Of a stretch of DNA of 64,000 bases, positions 57,635-64,000 are shown one piece after another. The position numbers were made by a program, and so were the translations under genes. The notes under the pieces were generated by a model, which saw only the letters and a program-made list of their open reading frames with translations, had not been told where the DNA came from and did not search any database. The stretch lies in NCBI RefSeq assembly GCF_009914755.1, contig NC_060931.1; one strand, 5' to 3'. The number at the start of each line of letters is the position of its first letter. Position 1 is the first letter of the stretch. This DNA comes from the human T2T-CHM13v2.0 reference genome, Homo sapiens.

Positions 57635-57762
57635 TCATCAAATATTTATTGTAAGAACATCTCTGAGATAGTACAGACATACAGGTCAAATCCAATTTAT
57701 CCAACTCCAGGGAGTAACTGGCCTTTGACCTCTATCATGAAGTGGCACAGAAACCAAGTTTA

Positions 57763-58087
<325 letters not shown>

Positions 58088-60348
58088 TTACAAGGCAATT
58101 GGAACATACTCCTACTGAAGCACTACTTTCTCTTTGGTTGTTTTTTGTCTGCCACATGGAGCAGTGGTATTACTGTTGCTTCTTTTCACCCTAAGTTTTC
58201 TATGCCTGTTTTCTCACCTGTAAAATGAGGACACAGTAACCACAACTGGTTTTCCGTATCAGTGGATTCCACAGGGCTGACTACAGGACTTGAATACGCC
58301 CTCACTTGGTATTTGTGGGGGTACTGAAATCACCGTCCCCTACAAGTGTCCTGTACCTATTTCAAAGCATTGTTGTGATTAAGTGAAGTAATTCCTATAA
58401 AACTGTCTGGCATAAAATCAGTAACAAGCACATACTGAATAGTAATGTTATTAAGAACATGTATGTGTCTGTTAAAAACCAAACAGCAGCACATATTTCA
58501 GGTCGGAGGGTGGTTTTAGAAAACAGACATGGCCTAAGACAATAAGACCTAGATATCACTCACAATTAAGTATTCTCTATATAATATACAACTATTTCTA
58601 GAAGTCATGAGATGGTCACACTTAACAGATCTGGTTCCATGGATTTGGTAGCTAAACGCAAGTCTCAAACTGGCCTTTTAAAGTTATCCTTTATTTCAAC
58701 CTAGTTGTTTAAATGGAATCATCATAAACCAACCTAATTTCATAGATAAAGTCTGAGTGAAAGTAATTTGTCCAAAGTGACACAGCTAGGTCCTTATCTC
58801 CCATCTACTAATGAAAATATAAATTTCAGAAGGCCGTATTTTCTCTTCATATAATTACGAATATTCCCTTGGTCACTCAAATCTCAACTCCATCCCTCCT
58901 TGCTCCAAACACATAGACTACTCTCAGACTTCAAACGCCTCATTGACAAGCTAATCCCTCCATCTGAAATGCATTTCTCTATTGCCCTGTGAACTCCTTT
59001 CATTCAATCATGTCCTAAGGGAAGTTGCCCTGAACCCTCAAGATTAAGTTGAATACCTATTCACTGATGCCTGTGATGTCCTGCACTTCCTCTTTGTCTA
59101 AGATTCATCATATCTGAATTGTTATTTTTTTTTTTTAGTAACAGGGTCTTGCTATGCTGCCCAGGCTGGTCTCAAACACCTGGTCTCAAGCAATCCTCCT
59201 GCCTCGGTCTCTTTATTATTTTTACAATATTTGTCTTCCTCAATAAAGTAGCTATGTTCAGTCAGGATTCCAGCACATAACCTAATACCAGGAATCCACA
59301 ATCATTTGGCTGACAGAGACACATCTAGACCAATTAAAGAAACAGACCTAAGGGTGACAGCTTTAAGGCTCTTGATATAATTAATTTGAGCAGAATAACA
59401 TCAACTGACATTTAAATTAAAAAATTAGGCTGAACTTTTCCTTTAATAGTCACTATTTCAATAATCATATCATAACTTTCTGGGTCCATCCAGCTTTCAA
59501 TTATTGTTCAATACCTAATTCATATACCCCTGGGTAACATTTAAAGGCTCATGTAAACTTAATAGCTACCATTTCTCTGTTCCTATTACCTGTACATACC
59601 TATCTTTACCACTGCATGATTTCACTGTGTGAAAGCTCACTAACCTGTGAGCTGGCTGAGCAATCAACCATCTTTATATTCCATAATGCCACTATCCCAT
59701 TCCATAGCATCAGCATCCCTACATGGGATAACTGAAATAGCCTTCTAACTGGTTTTCCTCTTTCTCAACCTTACTTCCACCCCCAGCCAAAGTTACCTTT
59801 GGACCATGTCACCTACACTTAGATTTTGTAATAACTTCTTTGTTCACGTAAAATAAAATCTCCTTCTCTGGCCTACAAAGTCCTACACGATTAGCCCTCT
59901 CCCACATTATCTCCTTGCTCACTATAGCACATTTGCCTCATTTTTATTCCTTTAAGAGCTCAAGCTCCTTCCCAGTTTCAGGGCTTTCATACATGCTGTT
60001 CCCTCTGTCTACAAGTCTCCTTATTCCTGAATCTTCAAATAGCTGGTTACTTTTAATCTTCCAGTCTCAAAAATCACCCCCAAGCACAAGCCTTTCCTGA
60101 TTACTCAATCTAAAGTCATATTCCTTCCTTCACCCATTTAAAATAAAATTCCTTAGTAAGAGAATGTATTAGTAGGCACCAATTTGTTTACTCATTTATT
60201 GTCAATTCCTCAACCAAATGTAGTCCACAAGAACTGTTTCATCCTGTATGGTCTCTAGTCCCTTCCACCATTAGTTTACTTCTGATTACGAGAGGCTAGA
60301 AACAAATATTTTCCTTTTATCTAAAACAGGTGAATCCACCATGTTAAA

Positions 60349-60383
60349 ACACACACACACACACGCACACACACACACACACA
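60349..60383. repeat. (CA)n microsatellite
   Basis: Seen directly. Confidence 0.95.
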
Positions 60384-60404
60384 AGTTTGGTTTTTTTAAA
60401 AAAA

Positions 60405-60686
60405 ACTTTTAGATATGGGGTATCACTTTGTGACCCAGGCTGGAGTGCAGTGGCAGAATCACAGCTCACTGAATCCTAAACTCTTGGGTTCAAGTGCTCC
60501 TCTCGCCCTCAGCCTCCCAAATAGCTTGGATTACAGGCACATGCCTGGCTAATTTTTTAATTTTTTTCAGAGATAGGGTCTTGCTGTGTTGCCCAGGCTA
60601 GTCTTGAACTCCTGGGCTAAAGTGATCCTCCTGCCTCAGTCTCCTGAGTAGCTGGGATTACAGGTGTGAGTCACCCTGCCTGGCCA
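60405..60686 (-). mobile_element. AluJ-like SINE
   Basis: Antisense Alu body. Confidence 0.85.
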
Positions 60687-60807
60687 AAAGTTTATTTTAA
60701 TAAAGAAAATTTGTTATAAAAAGATTCAGTCCCTGAAGGTATACGGTTGTTTTATGTTTTCAGCTCCACTAGGATTACACTTTCTTCGCGATAAAAGACC
60801 ACATTTG

Positions 60808-60963
60808 CAGCCTGGGCAACATCGCAAGACCTCATGCCTTAAAAAAAAAAATTAGCAGGCAGGGTGGTGCACACCTCTAATCCCAGCTACTCCAGAGACT
60901 GAGGCAGGAGGATCCCTTGAGCCCAAGAGCTGGAGGCTGCCAAGTCCCTGTCCCTAAAAAAAG
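60808..60963 (+). mobile_element. Truncated Alu fragment
   Basis: Partial Alu; GACCACATTTG on both flanks. Confidence 0.8.
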
Positions 60964-62247
60964 GACCACATTTGTTTTCTTCATAAATAGGAACAGTGAA
61001 TACATCCTGCACACACTATTCTGTCATATGTAATATAATGAGACCTTTTATTGCATAATTAAATTAATCTCGTTCAAAGGTTACAAAAAAACTATTACAT
61101 ACACCCACTGCTTACTGAAAACTGCCAAGAGAAAAGTACTTTTGGAATTTAAGACAACGTTATGTAATGGAAAGTGTATTTTTGTTATCAGAAAAAAAAC
61201 CCAGTTTGAATGTCAACTCAGCTACTCACCGATGACCTTAGACAAGTTGTTTAATTTGTACAAGCTGTGGTTAGTTCATCTGTAAGAAGCTGAGATAACA
61301 TTCATTATAGCAGTGGAAAGAGATGGAGCAGGTTAAGGTTAAGTTGCACCTAACAAAGTACTCAACAAGTTAGATCCCGCCTGCCTTCAGTTGTCAGGAG
61401 TACATTTTAAGTAAACTGGGCATTACTGATCCTTAAGAAAATGGGTAAGTCAGAAAACTTCCCCAGTCAATTTTTAAAAGTCTTCGGCGATGGTTTTCTC
61501 ACGTTGAGAGCCATGGTTCGCCCCAACTGTATTTTGGAAAGTAAACTTATTATTCTAATCCCCTTTTCTACAATAGAAAAACCTACAATCTTGTTTAAAG
61601 TAAACATCCCCCTCCCCGACGTTCCCCCCAGTCCACCAAAAAAAGACCAAAACTCAAACTTGCCTCGTTAGGGGTTCACAAAAAAGTGATAGGGGCTTTC
61701 GGTTTTTAGTCCTTATGTTTCTAATTCGTGCATCGAAGAAACCGAAAGCGGGAGGTTTTGAAAGACACTAGTGCCAAATGGAGACCAAGACTCCGACTTA
61801 ACTGTAAAGCTGAGAGTTTTCCAAGAAAAGGGAACCCCACATATTTGACCAAGATTCCAAGTTTCAGAAACCACCGCATCAGGTCTACTTGAGCCAGGAA
61901 AAAAATCCTGAGTTCGGAACGGGCCACCCAGAGATGGTTAAGCTAAAACTGCCTTCTTTTCTGGTCTCCAAAGTGAAAGCGAATCCTTGGCTATGTGCCT
62001 CACCGTCCCGCAGCCCCATGTTAACCCCGCAAAACCGCATCCCCCGACCCTCCAGCAGCCTCCGACCAAGGAAGCTCCAGGAATCCCGGGTCGGCCTGGC
62101 AAATGACTTTGCAAAGCCGCATTTCCAACTCCATTCCCTACTGGACCCTCCAGAAGCACCAATGCCGACGTCAGGATGGGAAAAACTAAATCGACAGAGT
62201 ACCAGCAACCTCGACTACGCTGAAGACCTCGAGGGCCCCTTCCATAC

Positions 62248-62288
62248 CTGAATGTAGTCAGCGAAAAGCTGTACCCGCGCTCCGCCAT
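62248..62288 (-). CDS. PSMA2: PSMA2 exon 1 (coding part)
   Basis: MAERGYSFSLTTF; Kozak AAGATGG; donor CAG|GTATGG; 41 nt. Confidence 0.96.
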
Positions 62289-62651
<363 letters not shown>

Positions 62652-62893
62652 TAAAGAAGGGCTCCGTGGGAGAGGGGGCTGATGACGGGACCTCGGGCAG
62701 CGTAGCAGACGCAGCTTACACAGTTCGCCCTCAGCCCCGGTTCTGATCCGCGGCCTCATGTCGGGGACGTAGTTCGTGACATTCCCATATTAGCGAGAAC
62801 AGAACGACTGTTTTTGCGCTCCCTCCACCGCAAAAAAAAAAAAAAAAATTCCTCTGCTTGTTCCATTCGTACACAGAATGTAACCCAAGCTTG

Positions 62894-63490
62894 TGTCAAA
62901 GATAAATCATAGCCAGCCAGTAAGTAAAGCGCTGAAAACGGATTTTATTCAGTAACTACTGCAGGTAAAAGGGCTGAGTTCCATCCCGGTTTGTGCAGAG
63001 GTGACTTTGGGCGTTTTAAAGGGAGAATGAGCGAGGCGGGAGTGTAGGGGCTCTGTAGAGTCAGAGAAGTGTAGTATAGTGAAGTCAGTGCAAATGTGAT
63101 TAGCCGGCTGTGTCTGCTAGCTCGCAGTTGTCTTAGGGAGAATTCTATCCTCCCGCAGAGACTGGGAGACAAAGGCCCTATCCTTCCTAATGATTAGATT
63201 TCGAAGGAATGGCTCTCAGGGCCTTGAAAGAAAAGCTTCCGAGTTAGTTGCAAGGGATACGTATTTACAATTATATGCCCTTTCCAGGAAATGCTCTAAG
63301 GGAGTTCGGGACCTACTATCGGGGTATGTTGGCCAAAATAAATAGGAAATTTTCCAGGCAGCGTTGAGCTTTCTCAGGCAGGCACTTTAAAGGGGGGGCC
63401 GAGGTCATCCTAGGATACAGCCTTATGCTGCTAGAAACTATGCTAGAGTTTGGTCAAGTCTGTGGAGTTCAGGGATTTGTACAGAGTTGT
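62894..63490. mobile_element. Possible old LTR in MRPL32 intron 1
   Basis: TGTC start, reverse poly(A) signal TTTATT near 62944, LTR-like composition; family not identified. Confidence 0.4.
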
Positions 63491-63544
63491 CCTGAGAGGA
63501 CAGTTCTGCAGGTCTCACTTGGCATCAAGGCTCACCACTCTCTG

Positions 63545-63657
63545 GATCTGTCTTTCCTTTCCAGCCCTGCCCTCACCTCCCCTCCCGCTTCCCCTCTCCC
63601 CTCTCTCCTCTTCCCTTCCCTTCCCTCCCTTCTTTCCTCCCTTCCTCCCTCCCTCCC
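63545..63657. repeat. CT-rich low-complexity tract
   Basis: Polypyrimidine CCT/CTT runs seen directly. Confidence 0.85.
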
Positions 63658-64000
63658 GCGCAGTACATGTTTTCTGTGGTGTTTGAGCTCTGAGGAGCTG
63701 AATTCTGTTTCCCATGTTTCACTTGGAATTAATTTTAATTGGAAGTATCTTGGATGTTGAAACTGTCATGGCTTTGGCATTTACATTCTACTCAATTTCT
63801 AAGCAGCCTGAAAGTGATAATATCCAGAAATATACCAAGAAAATATATGCCACTATATGCCAAGCAATGTGCCAAGCTTTCTACATGTACTTCCTGGGAT
63901 AATCTTGACAACAGTCCCATTAGGTGTATACACTTTCCAACTGAAACAGTAGGCTCACAATGGTCCCAAGTTCACAGACAGTCCTGAGCCTGTGTTGTTA

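Overview
Primate, almost certainly human, genomic DNA. The gene order C7orf25(-), PSMA2(-), MRPL32(+) is the one I recognise from human chr7p14. The left ~38 kb is intergenic and mostly transposon-derived. It holds a complete two-LTR HERV-H provirus (713-6544, minus strand, 5-bp TSD, His PBS, LTR7up-like LTRs) and a nest of LTR8A, AluJ and MER52 inside an old L1. It also holds a decayed class III (ERV-L/HERV-S-like, Ser-PBS) provirus whose leader is an unexplained CpG island next to a Z-DNA-prone tract, and a full-length L1PB. The right part contains C7orf25 (421-aa single-exon ORF plus a spliced 479-aa isoform), all 8 coding exons of PSMA2 (705 nt, 234 aa), a STRAP processed pseudogene antisense in PSMA2 intron 6, and MRPL32 exon 1 on a promoter shared with PSMA2. 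The most unusual things seen directly are a ~172-bp inverted templated insertion in PSMA2 intron 3, phase-compatible PSMA2-C7orf25 read-through splicing, a 51-bp intronic minisatellite and the ERV-embedded CpG island. No wholly new multi-gene system is evident. Repeat subfamily names come from remembered consensus sequences and mismatch counts were done by eye.
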